Of a stretch of 64,000 bases of DNA, positions 54,961 to 64,000 are shown one piece after another. This DNA is from Nitrososphaerota archaeon (GTDB taxonomy: Archaea > Thermoproteota > Nitrososphaeria_A > Caldarchaeales > Caldarchaeaceae): contig JBEPYN010000002.1 in the NCBI GenBank assembly GCA_041641305.1, positions 608,001 through 672,000 of the forward strand. The letters run 5' to 3'. How positions within the stretch are numbered: the stretch's first letter is position 1; every line of letters starts with the position of its first letter. The notes under the pieces were generated by a model, which was given only the letters and a program-made list of their open reading frames with translations, was not told where the DNA came from and ran no database searches. The position numbers and the translations under genes were made by a program.

Positions 54961-57318
54961 GTGGCTGTAACACGTCTTTTTGGAGCGAAGGTCAAGAGAC
55001 GAGAGGACCCGCGTTTTCTGACTGGACGCGGCAGATACACCCACAACATAAACGTGCCCGGAATGGTTTACGCATGCTTTGTCAGGAGCCCGCATGCGCA
55101 CGCCAAGGTTGTCAGGGTTGATTCCTCGGCTGCTGAGAAGGCTTCGGGTGTGTTGGGTGTTTTCACGGGTGCGGACTTGGATGATAAGCTGGGGCCGATA
55201 CCGTGTGCTTGGCAGATTCCCAACTCCGATATCAAGGTTCCCCGCTACATGCCTCTCGCCGTGGACAAGGTGAGGTTTGTGGGCGACCCTGTGGCGGTTG
55301 TCGTGGCCCGATCCTATGCCGAGGCTTTGGACGCGGCGTCGCTTGTACAAGTCGAGTATGAGAAGCTCCCCGCTGTAACAAGTCCTGAAGAAGCTGTTAA
55401 ACCCGGTGCGCCTCAGCTCTACGACGACGTCGCCAACAACACCGCCTTTGTATGGCGTGCTTCGGGAGGAGATGTTGACAAGGCTTTCGAAAGAGCAGAT
55501 GTGGTGGTTTCGCAGAGGCTTGTCAACAGCAGGCTTCAGCCAACGCCGATGGAGACAAGGGCTGTTCTCGCCGACTACAACCCCACGACAGATGAGGCGA
55601 CTGTTTACCTCACGAGCCAGAACCCGCATGTCCACAGGCTTCTCCTCTCCCTCGTCACAGGTCATCCAGAGCATAGGCTAAGAGTTGTATCCTACGATGT
55701 AGGCGGAGGATTTGGCGCGAAGATCCACCTCTACTCTCCCGAAGTCGTGTTGCTGCATCTCGCAAAAACCCTTCGGAGACCTGTCAAATGGATGGAGACA
55801 AGGACGGAGAACTTCACCGCAACCATTCACGGCAGAGACCACATACAGTATGTGGACCTCGCCGCCGACCGCGGTGGCCATGTTCTTGGACTGCGTGTCA
55901 AATCTTATGCCAACATGGGGGCGTATCTCTCAACAGCTGCACCGGGCATACCCACTATCCTCTTCGGCCCCATGCTGAGCGGGCCTTACCGCATACCCGC
56001 AATCTCGGTAGAGGTTATCGGAGCTTTGACAAACACTGCGCCCGTTGATGCCTACCGTGGAGCCGGTAGGCCTGAGGCGACCTACATTCTCGAGAGGATG
56101 ATGGATATTCTCGCGAGGAGGCTTGGGAAAGACCCTGCGGAGGTGAGGCTGAAGAACTTCATCAAGAAGGAGATGTTCCCCTACACGGCGATGCCCATCG
56201 GCCTCGTCTACGACAGCGGCGACTATGAGAGAGCTTTCATGAAAGCCCTCGAGCTCTCGCGGTACTCGGAGTGGAGGAGGAAGCAGGAGGAGATACGGGC
56301 GAAGGGAAGGCTCATCGGCATAGGGGTCAGCAGCTACATCGAGATATGCGGTCTGGGCCCATCATCGGTTGCGAGGGCCACAGGGTTCGGCCTCGGGCTG
56401 TGGGAAAGCACAGTCATCCGAGTGCATCCAACGGGAAAAGTCTCGGTATACATAGGCGGCCATCCACATGGACAGGGTGAGGAGACAACCTTCGCGCAGA
56501 TAGTGGCTGACAGGCTTCAGATACCGATTGAGGATGTGGAGATTCTTCACGGAGACACAGCCATGGTTCCATTCGGCATGGGCACCTACGGAAGCAGAAC
56601 AACACCTGTGGCAGGAGCCTCCGTGGCCATCGGATGCGACAGAATACTCGAGAAGGCCCGTAAGATAGCGGCTCATCTTCTCGAAGCAAGTGAGAAAGAT
56701 GTGGAATACGCTGGCGGAAAATTCTACGTCCGCGAAATGCCTGAGAAGAGCAAGAGCTTTGCAGAGGTCGCCTACGCTGCTTATGGAGCAGGTGCGAATG
56801 AGCTGCCTCAGGGCCTTGAGCCGGGCCTCGAGACAACCGTCTTTTTCGACCCTCCCAACTTCACCTTCCCCTTCGGCACACACATCTGCGTAACAGAGGT
56901 TGACCCGGAGACTGGAGAGGTGAAGGTTCTCGAATACTATGCGGTGGATGACTGCGGCAACCGGATAAACCCGATGATTGTTGAAGGGCAGATTCACGGC
57001 GGAATAGCCCAGGGTCTTGCACAGGCCCTTTACGAGGAAGCCAGCTACAGCGGCGACGGACAGCTTCTGACAAGCAGTTTATCTGAATACCTAGTGCCGA
57101 CGGCTGTTGAAATTCCTCGCATAGAGACTGATGAAACGGTAACACCTTCGCCAGTCAACCCCATAGGTGTCAAGGGCATAGGCGAAGCGGGAACCATCGC
57201 GTCGACGCCTGCCGTTGTCAACTCCGTCCTCGACGCCATAGCACACCTCGGAATCACACACATCGACATGCCTCTCAAGCCCGAGAAAATCCTCGCCGCC
57301 ATCAAACAAACACGTTAA
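54961..57318 (+). CDS. Xanthine oxidase-family molybdoenzyme large subunit (form II CoxL/CutA-like)
   Basis: RREDPRFLTGRG, RSPHAHA, VGGGFGAK, AYRGAGRPE, HGQG, GTYGSR, KGIGEAG. Start at GTG 54961. Confidence 0.95.
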   Translation: MAVTRLFGAKVKRREDPRFLTGRGRYTHNINVPGMVYACFVRSPHAHAKVVRVDSSAAEKASGVLGVFTGADLDDKLGPIPCAWQIPNSDIKVPRYMPLAVDKVRFVGDPVAVVVARSYAEALDAASLVQVEYEKLPAVTSPEEAVKPGAPQLYDDVANNTAFVWRASGGDVDKAFERADVVVSQRLVNSRLQPTPMETRAVLADYNPTTDEATVYLTSQNPHVHRLLLSLVTGHPEHRLRVVSYDVGGGFGAKIHLYSPEVVLLHLAKTLRRPVKWMETRTENFTATIHGRDHIQYVDLAADRGGHVLGLRVKSYANMGAYLSTAAPGIPTILFGPMLSGPYRIPAISVEVIGALTNTAPVDAYRGAGRPEATYILERMMDILARRLGKDPAEVRLKNFIKKEMFPYTAMPIGLVYDSGDYERAFMKALELSRYSEWRRKQEEIRAKGRLIGIGVSSYIEICGLGPSSVARATGFGLGLWESTVIRVHPTGKVSVYIGGHPHGQGEETTFAQIVADRLQIPIEDVEILHGDTAMVPFGMGTYGSRTTPVAGASVAIGCDRILEKARKIAAHLLEASEKDVEYAGGKFYVREMPEKSKSFAEVAYAAYGAGANELPQGLEPGLETTVFFDPPNFTFPFGTHICVTEVDPETGEVKVLEYYAVDDCGNRINPMIVEGQIHGGIAQGLAQALYEEASYSGDGQLLTSSLSEYLVPTAVEIPRIETDETVTPSPVNPIGVKGIGEAGTIASTPAVVNSVLDAIAHLGITHIDMPLKPEKILAAIKQTR

Positions 57319-57357
57319 AAAAACTTTTAATCCAACCCTGAAAATACGGTCTTCGAG

Positions 57358-57777
57358 ATGTCTTCCATTCCGCGTGGGAAACTCGTCGGGATGCAGGTAT
57401 ACAACCCGGATGGCACGCTTGTCGGCGTTGTTCAGGACATAGAGCTGCCGATTGGAGGAGGCGAGTTTGGGCTGCAGATTCTCTCCAAATACAACCTGGT
57501 TGAGCATGTGCCGTGGAGCATGGTCGCGGCGGCGGGTGACATAATCATTCTCAAGGAGAAAATCGAGCTGAAGCAGCCTGAGGCACCGCCTGTCCAGACG
57601 TTTGTAGCTCAGCCGCAGGCCCCAGTTCAGCAGAGAGGAGGAGTAATCTCAAGCGTCACGTCTAGGCTGCCCTTCGGCAGACGTGAAAAGAACCCTTGCC
57701 CAACATGCGGAAAAGAGCTTTCCTGGATTGAGCAGTATCAGCGCTGGTACTGCTACAACTGTGGAAAATATGTTTAG
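57358..57777 (+). CDS. PRC-barrel protein with C-terminal zinc ribbon
   Basis: LVGMQVYNPDGTLVGVVQDI...VPWSMVAAAGDIIIL PRC barrel; Pro/Gln linker; CPTCG...WYCYNC. Confidence 0.85.
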   Translation: MSSIPRGKLVGMQVYNPDGTLVGVVQDIELPIGGGEFGLQILSKYNLVEHVPWSMVAAAGDIIILKEKIELKQPEAPPVQTFVAQPQAPVQQRGGVISSVTSRLPFGRREKNPCPTCGKELSWIEQYQRWYCYNCGKYV

Positions 57778-58931
57778 AGAAGAGGCCTCTGCACAAGAAG
57801 GTTTTCTCTCTCCAAGCGTTGCACAACTTTTTTGACGTGTTTGTTTGCTGAGAACTTTAGGTATAGATATGATGAGGTAATGGAGACCGTGAACAATAGA
57901 TGCACGATAAATGCGAGAAGTATCATGGCGAGGACGAGGTCGCCGTCGGCCACCGAAAATGTGAAACCTATGGGGGAAAAGATGAAGGTATAGATTTCTA
58001 TCATCTCGTCGGCGAGGCTGTGGATTTTCGGCTCCGTCAAAAACTTTCTTACGGGGTTGAAGACCCTTATGCCGCAGTCCTCGAAGAGCCATAAGACGGG
58101 CCCGACGTAGAGTGAGCCAAGAGCAATCGCGACGATGGATATGAATGCGGCGTCTGCGGTTGCGGAGAACGGGTCTTCGCCGAATAGATTTATTCCCAGC
58201 AGGTCGAGAATGCTCGCCACCGTCGTGGTAACTCCGAGACCAAAGGCCATGGGATAGTAGCTGCGCGAGGCGACGTTGAAGATGGTGGTCTCCTCCGTTT
58301 TAGGCGGCTCGACTGCGACCAAAACAGCCCCCGCTCCCCTCTGTCGTTTAAGCAGCCAAGTGCTGAGCCGGTCTGCGAAAAGATGCCAGATGAGCCATGT
58401 GACCGCGACGGGTAAGACATACCGTATGTAGAAGTTGGGGCTGTTGACCAAAGTGATGAACGGAAGGTAGAGAGCGAGTATGAGCACGACATCAAGCTCA
58501 TCTTCATGCCTGTTTCTCTGCAAAACTATCCCAGCCTTTGATACACGCCTGTTAATCACCAACGAGGCAACGGTTGCTGAGAGAATCAGAGCGGGGCCAA
58601 CGCTCCATGCAAGCGTCATTATCAACTGCTGATATACCCAATTCTCCGCATCGAGTGGTGTGGACCATGAGGCGGCGAATGCAGCCGCAGAAATGATAAC
58701 TCCAAGGATAAGCGAGTAGAGATACCATTTTCTCAGCGGATGCAGGGCGCTGATGATCCATCCGAGGCCAAAAGCAGCCAAAGCAGGGCCAGCGTCAAAC
58801 ATGAAAACAGATTCCCACCAAACCAGCCACAATACACCATGCCCCAGAACAGAGAGCACGTACCCGAGCAACACTATAAAGAAGCCGGCGAACAGAAGAG
58901 CTGCACCAGTTCTCAAAGAAGGCTCCGCCAA
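57774..58931 (-). CDS. Polytopic membrane protein of unknown function
   Basis: About 9-10 hydrophobic helices; TTG start after a GGAGGGG RBS. Confidence 0.75.
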   Translation of the reverse strand: MAEPSLRTGAALLFAGFFIVLLGYVLSVLGHGVLWLVWWESVFMFDAGPALAAFGLGWIISALHPLRKWYLYSLILGVIISAAAFAASWSTPLDAENWVYQQLIMTLAWSVGPALILSATVASLVINRRVSKAGIVLQRNRHEDELDVVLILALYLPFITLVNSPNFYIRYVLPVAVTWLIWHLFADRLSTWLLKRQRGAGAVLVAVEPPKTEETTIFNVASRSYYPMAFGLGVTTTVASILDLLGINLFGEDPFSATADAAFISIVAIALGSLYVGPVLWLFEDCGIRVFNPVRKFLTEPKIHSLADEMIEIYTFIFSPIGFTFSVADGDLVLAMILLAFIVHLLFTVSITSSYLYLKFSANKHVKKVVQRLERENLLVQRPLL

Positions 58932-58935
58932 TTCT

Positions 58936-60258
58936 TCACCCCCTCCTATACAGCACACCTATCCTGTTCAGCAACGCAAGCAGTACAAGAACAGCCAAAA
59001 CCGCTGTCGAGACCGGCGAATTCGACACAAACCTCTCCACAGCAAGGTTTCGAACCATAGCAGCGGGCTGCCTCTCAAGAGCAAGTATGACGGAAAACAG
59101 GCTGCTTCGGAGGAAACGGTTTACATATTCATCGGACTGGACAACAGCTCTCTCAAACAACGGATAGTACCCCGACGCTGTGGAGAGCTTTGAAACAACT
59201 ACTTCAAAAGAGCCTATGTTTTTCGATGTCATTTTACGCAGCGAAGCGAGAGCCGTGGGATAGACGATGTTTACCGCAGATGTCTTCTGCTGAGCCGCCG
59301 CGAAAACCTGCTCAGCAGACGCAGCCGGGTCATAGAGAAGAAGGTTACTCACTTGTGTTTCAACCGTGAGCAACCTATCTCCGACATAGTAGAGTTTCTC
59401 CATTTTCTCCAAAAACCTAAACACGTTCTCCAACGCAGTCGAGGAATAGATGTCCTGCTGGTTCTCCGCAGCATCCACCAGCGCCGCAAACGCTCTACTC
59501 GCAGTTTCAAAATCTGTCTCCGGATTGTTCACAGCCGTCAAGTTGGCCACATAGTCTACGTGAACTCTCCATAGGCCTGACAATTCAATAGGAGCCTCCA
59601 CATCTGCTTCATGCGCTAGAGTCAAGAGACGTGAAAGAGCGGTCAACGACTGTATAAGTTGGCCGTCGTTTTGTGTTGAGAATGCTACTATTTCTTGAAA
59701 ATGGTCCGCATAGCTGCTAACGGCGTATTGTATCTCCTCTTTGTTGACGGAGCCGCCCGTCATCTTAGAGATCCAATTGGCTTGGACGAGCAGCGCAGCC
59801 TTCGAGTAAACTGGTGTCCAGCCCAAGAAGCCTTCGAGGCTATCGCCCAAAATGTTCAAAACCTCCCTGCTCCGTTGGCTACGTGTCAACCCATAGTGCA
59901 ACGCGGCGAAATACGATGTTTGTAGATGCGTGAGAAAATTTTCTGCTGTCGGGATTTTTCCCGTGAACCCGACGTCGACACCGTCTCCCTTTAGAGCCCT
60001 TGTGTTAACCTGCTCCGCTATCTTGTTGAGGAGGTTGAGCGACTCGGCGTCGCCGAGGCCCATGTGGATAGACGCGGCGAAAATACCGTGCAACGCCATG
60101 GCCCTAAGGCTCACGGCCCCGCCTCCAGAAACCTGCTCAACCACATCACGCAAATACTCATAATCACTTCGCAACGCATCTTTCACAGCTGATAACTCGA
60201 AGCCGCTGACCGGAAAAACCAGAGTAGCCAAAAGAAGGCAGACGAGGACTTTTCTCAA
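58936..60258 (-). CDS. Secreted, C-terminally anchored hypothetical protein
   Basis: Signal peptide MRKVLVCLLLATLVFPVSG; C-terminal TM followed by RRG. Confidence 0.75.
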   Translation of the reverse strand: MRKVLVCLLLATLVFPVSGFELSAVKDALRSDYEYLRDVVEQVSGGGAVSLRAMALHGIFAASIHMGLGDAESLNLLNKIAEQVNTRALKGDGVDVGFTGKIPTAENFLTHLQTSYFAALHYGLTRSQRSREVLNILGDSLEGFLGWTPVYSKAALLVQANWISKMTGGSVNKEEIQYAVSSYADHFQEIVAFSTQNDGQLIQSLTALSRLLTLAHEADVEAPIELSGLWRVHVDYVANLTAVNNPETDFETASRAFAALVDAAENQQDIYSSTALENVFRFLEKMEKLYYVGDRLLTVETQVSNLLLYDPAASAEQVFAAAQQKTSAVNIVYPTALASLRKMTSKNIGSFEVVVSKLSTASGYYPLFERAVVQSDEYVNRFLRSSLFSVILALERQPAAMVRNLAVERFVSNSPVSTAVLAVLVLLALLNRIGVLYRRG

Positions 60259-60332
60259 ACTGTTTTACTCCGATTTCTCACTTTAAAATAAACATATCCT
60301 TAAAACTGTCGACGGATAAAGTCGGCCTAACC

Positions 60333-61877
60333 ATGCAGATTGCCGAGAGGAAAACGGGAGAGAGGCTTGTTGTTTATGCTTCAGCCGTTTTTCTGCTCGG
60401 CGTTCTTGTTCTTGTTCCACCTGCGTTGGTGAATGAGGCGCCGTTCTGGGACGACAAGGCATACATCAACAACGCGTTGATAGCGAGCGGTCGGCTGGAC
60501 CCCCGCGATGCTCAGGGGCCTTTTGCGGAGGAAAGGCCTCCTCTCTTTTGGTGGATGCTCACCGGCATCTACCTGCTAAACACACCGGTCGAATATGCTC
60601 GCCTCCTCTCGCCTCTGTTGACCGCCGCAGGCATAGTAGTCATGTTCCTTCTTGTCTCCAAGCTGTTCAACAGCCTTTTGGCGGGCATTTTATCAGCGGT
60701 CTTCACAATCACTCTCAACTATTTTGTCCAGACCACTTCATACATCTTGACCGACTCCTCTGGGTCTGTGCTGGCTTTCCTCGCCCTGCTCACCTTCAGC
60801 CTCGGCCTCAGATATGGGCCGTTTCTCTGGGTCGCGGGAGGGTTGACAGCTGTATCCATAATGGCGAGGGACCAAAACCTTCTCCTGCTTCCCGTCATGT
60901 TACTATCGATGATTTGGATAGCCCGTGTCCCGAGGACTGTGAAGCTGTTCTACTTGTTGTTCCTGGGGGCTGTGGCGGCTGCCGCGGTATGGATGCGGCA
61001 GGAGGTCTTCCTACAAATTCTTTCAGACATCCTAACACCCATCGTCACAGACGTCGTCTACCTTCCGCTGCTGATTGTTTTCACCGCGGCGGTTCTCATA
61101 GCTGTTTACAAAATTCATGAGCAGAAAAACCTTCTATCGAGGCGGCCGAGTATTGAGGAGAGAGCGTTCGACCTCTTGCTAGGCCTCGCTATGATGCTGT
61201 TCATCATGCATCCGTTTTTCCTCGACAACGTGAGGCTTGGCGAAGAGTTCCAAATCGCTGGACGAGGAATTTTCTCGAGACCTGTTGCCCACTCCATCAT
61301 GGTGAGAGACGACATCATCCGGAGCGGGTTAAGTTTTCTGGAAAGAGTACAGTTCTGGGTCGCGGCTTTCCCGAGCCTGCTCACCGCCCCTCTTCTCGCC
61401 GCAGCCGTGGCAGGCGCTTTCCTCACCTTGAGAAACCGTGTCGAAGAAGCCAAGCCCCTCATACTCTGGTTCGCGCTCACAGTAGCATACATCATCCTCT
61501 TCACACACATAGAATACAGGTTCCTGGTCCCCACTGTTCAGCCAGCCGCTGCCCTCGCGGCATATGCTGTCGCACGGCTTTTTTCGATGAATAGGTGGCT
61601 CGCCTTTGTGGCTGTAGGTGTTGTTTTGGTTTATGCGGTTTTTCCAACGCAGTTTTACGGTGTTTTGCCCGAGTTCAGGGAGCCTGTGACGGTTTCGGGG
61701 TGGAGAACCATGCTCGACGGCGGGTTAGGTGGATGGTTGACGGATTATGCAGCTTACCTCAGGGATGTCCAGAAACCGCCAGAGCTCAAAATAGCCGTCA
61801 TCAACCTCTTGGCTGCGTGGACAACAGGGCCTCTTCTCCTCGCAGCTGCTTATGTCGGTGTCAGAAATCCGCTTTAA
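60333..61877 (+). CDS. GT-C fold glycosyltransferase (PMT_2/ArnT-like)
   Basis: WDDKAY, ERPPLFWWML, ILTD, EYRFLVP; many TM helices. Confidence 0.82.
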   Translation: MQIAERKTGERLVVYASAVFLLGVLVLVPPALVNEAPFWDDKAYINNALIASGRLDPRDAQGPFAEERPPLFWWMLTGIYLLNTPVEYARLLSPLLTAAGIVVMFLLVSKLFNSLLAGILSAVFTITLNYFVQTTSYILTDSSGSVLAFLALLTFSLGLRYGPFLWVAGGLTAVSIMARDQNLLLLPVMLLSMIWIARVPRTVKLFYLLFLGAVAAAAVWMRQEVFLQILSDILTPIVTDVVYLPLLIVFTAAVLIAVYKIHEQKNLLSRRPSIEERAFDLLLGLAMMLFIMHPFFLDNVRLGEEFQIAGRGIFSRPVAHSIMVRDDIIRSGLSFLERVQFWVAAFPSLLTAPLLAAAVAGAFLTLRNRVEEAKPLILWFALTVAYIILFTHIEYRFLVPTVQPAAALAAYAVARLFSMNRWLAFVAVGVVLVYAVFPTQFYGVLPEFREPVTVSGWRTMLDGGLGGWLTDYAAYLRDVQKPPELKIAVINLLAAWTTGPLLLAAAYVGVRNPL

Positions 61878-63525
61878 CTCGTAGGTCGACGAGGGCGGGA
61901 ACACCTCTCAACACGTCGTCGACAGCTCTTCTCAAAACCTTGGCAGCCTCCTCATATGTTTCCGCTTGGTAAGATGAGAAACCGATACCGCGTCCAACTG
62001 CCTGGATGTCAAGAGGCTCGGGGAAATCAACACCTTCAACCTTTTTCTCAAAATCTGAGAAGCCTACTTCGGCCATGCTCTTCTTCACATCATACCAGCA
62101 TCCGTCGTTGAAAACAGCCACTAGGATAGGCAGATGATACCATTTTGCCAAAGCCGCGGCTGCGACGGGATTGTTGAAGACGAAGCTGCCGTCGCCGAGA
62201 ACAACGGCTACAAAGGCCTGTGGGTTAGCCATCTTTATTCCGAGGGATGCGCCCAGCCCCCATCCCAGAGAACCGCCCGGAGGCTCCCCGAAATAGGTTC
62301 CCGGCGTGTCGAAGACAAGGTAGTCAGGTTTTAGAGAATACTCGTTGACTATGACCGAGTTTTTTGGGAGCACTTCGCCGAGAAGGTGAGAGGCTAATCG
62401 CTTCGTCAGCGTGTTCCCGAATTTATCTTGGGTAAGGTCTTCTTCGAATGCTTTCCGCCAGTTTCTCCAATCCCTCTCAGCAGCCGCCTTTCTCTCCTCA
62501 AGCAAATCTTTCCTAACCTCTGCCGAGCCGCTCTCAAACAATTCTAGAAGCTTCTCGAGAAAAAGGGAAGTCTCTGAATAGACTGCTTCATCGAAGCCAA
62601 ACCCCCAGACATTCATCCTCGTCTTTAACGGGTCGAGGCCGACTGAGACCCTGTAAACATCTGTGGGCCACTTTTCTGCAGGCAGCCAGGGGACATCCGA
62701 GTCCAGCACCAAGATACAGTCAGCCCGCCCAATCTCAGCAGGCGCGGAGAAGATGCTTGTGTTGGGGAAGTTGACGTAGTCGGCGACGGCGTAGTTAACC
62801 CGGAGACACAGCCTCTCAGCCAACCTCTTCAACAAATGGAAAGCCCTGGCATTTCTTCCAGCAGACCTCGTCAAAACAATTGGGTAGCTTGCTGTGGAGA
62901 GTTTCTCGGCGATTCTCTTGACTACTGAAGGATTTGGTGATGGCGGCTCGGAAACGATGGGCCGGCGATGTTGAACATCTTTCTCCGGCTTGGCGAGAAA
63001 ATGTTCGCGGTAAATTCCGAGGTAGACAGGGCCCTGTGGAGGAGACATGGCGACCTCGGCAGCCCTCGAAACCGCTTCAGGGATCTCCGCAGTTTCGCAG
63101 ACCACATAATCCCATTTGACAAACTGTCTCACCAAGCCGCGTATGTCGCGTACATCTTGGCCCCAGTGGACGCGGATTTTTCGAGACCCGCTGTATCCCT
63201 TGGACGAGTATGAAGTCACGCCCGAGATGAGGATGATGGGTATCTCAGCTGTGTATGCGTTGAAGAGGTTGGGTAACGCGTTTGCCACGCCTGGGACGGT
63301 GTGAACCATGACCGCGGAAGGCTTCTCACCTACGAGGCTGTAGCCGTATGCTGTCGAGACAGCCGTGGTCTCGCTCAGGCAGACAACCATCTCAGGCCTC
63401 TGCAGCGGGCTTAGCTGCATGTAATCCAGCAGAAGACCAGAGTACTCCGTCCCAGAGTTGATGAAAAACTTCTCGACACCGGTTTTCCTGAGAGAAACAA
63501 GCAGCAAACCCCCACCCGACAACAT
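61861..63525 (-). CDS. Thiamine pyrophosphate-binding enzyme (acetolactate synthase/benzoylformate decarboxylase-like)
   Basis: GVEKFFINSGTE, CLSETTAV, HTVPG, GSLGWGLGASLG, GDGSFVFNN. Start trimmed to ATG 63525. Confidence 0.9.
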   Translation of the reverse strand: MLSGGGLLLVSLRKTGVEKFFINSGTEYSGLLLDYMQLSPLQRPEMVVCLSETTAVSTAYGYSLVGEKPSAVMVHTVPGVANALPNLFNAYTAEIPIILISGVTSYSSKGYSGSRKIRVHWGQDVRDIRGLVRQFVKWDYVVCETAEIPEAVSRAAEVAMSPPQGPVYLGIYREHFLAKPEKDVQHRRPIVSEPPSPNPSVVKRIAEKLSTASYPIVLTRSAGRNARAFHLLKRLAERLCLRVNYAVADYVNFPNTSIFSAPAEIGRADCILVLDSDVPWLPAEKWPTDVYRVSVGLDPLKTRMNVWGFGFDEAVYSETSLFLEKLLELFESGSAEVRKDLLEERKAAAERDWRNWRKAFEEDLTQDKFGNTLTKRLASHLLGEVLPKNSVIVNEYSLKPDYLVFDTPGTYFGEPPGGSLGWGLGASLGIKMANPQAFVAVVLGDGSFVFNNPVAAAALAKWYHLPILVAVFNDGCWYDVKKSMAEVGFSDFEKKVEGVDFPEPLDIQAVGRGIGFSSYQAETYEEAAKVLRRAVDDVLRGVPALVDLRVKADF

Positions 63526-63629
63526 ATCTATCCAGATTGGCTTAACAGCGTCAAAAAGTTTTCGAAAAGTTGGAATAACGTATAAAACACGCCCAATAGA
63601 CATCGTGCCCGGGTTAAACAAGTTTGGTG

Positions 63630-64000
63630 ATGCGTAGAAACGGTCGCGGGAGACGTTTCGGCTACATCATAGCCGTTTTCCTCGTTCTGCTGCTATTCAG
63701 TGGTCTTTTCATCAGTTCGTTCATAAACATCTGGCTAAACGTGATGGAGTTTGGAGACCTCTTCATCCGGCCATTCTATTTCTCGTTAATCGGCGGCCTA
63801 ATCCTCTCATTCATCGCCCTTTTCCGCCTCGACTTCGTCTCACGCAAATCCCTAGTCATCTGGTCCTTGCGCACATTCCTAGTTCTAATGCGTGGCGGCT
63901 TCGCCCCACGAATTCTCGACTTTGACAGGTTCAGACTATCTCTACAGACTTTCCTCGCCTGGCAGTTCACGAAACTGCTCGCGGGCACATTCATCTTCTC
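63630..64000 (+). CDS. UPF0182-family membrane protein, 5' part
   Basis: Not in ORF track. Manual translation MRRNGRGRRFGYIIAVFLVLLLFSG...NIWLNVMEFGDLFIRPFYFSLIGGLILSFIALFRLDF..., open to the window end. Confidence 0.7.
   Translation, partial: MRRNGRGRRFGYIIAVFLVLLLFSGLFISSFINIWLNVMEFGDLFIRPFYFSLIGGLILSFIALFRLDFVSRKSLVIWSLRTFLVLMRGGFAPRILDFDRFRLSLQTFLAWQFTKLLAGTFIF

Noticed and set aside
54961-57318. Form I aerobic CO dehydrogenase
   Set aside because: Lacks the Cu-binding AYxCSFR motif and neighbouring coxMS or accessory genes.
1-64000. CRISPR arrays, IS elements, integrases, inteins, rRNA
   Set aside because: No spaced direct repeats, transposase or recombinase motifs, or rRNA sequence seen; RFC, Cdc6 and IleRS lengths leave no room for inteins.

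Overview
Gene-dense, mostly housekeeping region of an archaeal chromosome. Rpo4, eL21, Pus10, SRP54, TFB, aIF1, Sm, archaeal-type MAT, Elp3, NucS, PCNA, RFC-S/L and Orc1/Cdc6 establish an archaeon. Their co-occurrence with grpE-dnaK-dnaJ, F420-type LLM enzymes, a UPF0182 gene and a T-arm tRNA intron suggests a TACK organism close to Ca. Caldarchaeum (Aigarchaeota/Nitrososphaerota); this placement is inference. About 60 CDSs and 5 tRNAs (Ala-TGC, Glu-CTC, Pro-CGG, Arg-CCT with intron, Val-CAC) are supported. No rRNA, CRISPR array, transposase or integrase was seen. Most notable observations: (1) a sub-kb oscillation between G/T-ending and A/C-ending synonymous codons that flips inside genes; (2) a 30-nt BHB intron at position 51/52 of tRNA-Arg; (3) a glycosylation locus with AglH, a degenerate nucleotide-sugar dehydrogenase, DUF354 and a ribophorin-I-like membrane protein, plus a PMT-type mannosyltransferase elsewhere; (4) a decayed 1.2-kb island between two convergent tRNAs holding a photolyase remnant and a truncated prolidase; (5) a one-base frameshift in a double-hotdog thioesterase. 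All calls come from motif recognition by eye; no database searches were run.
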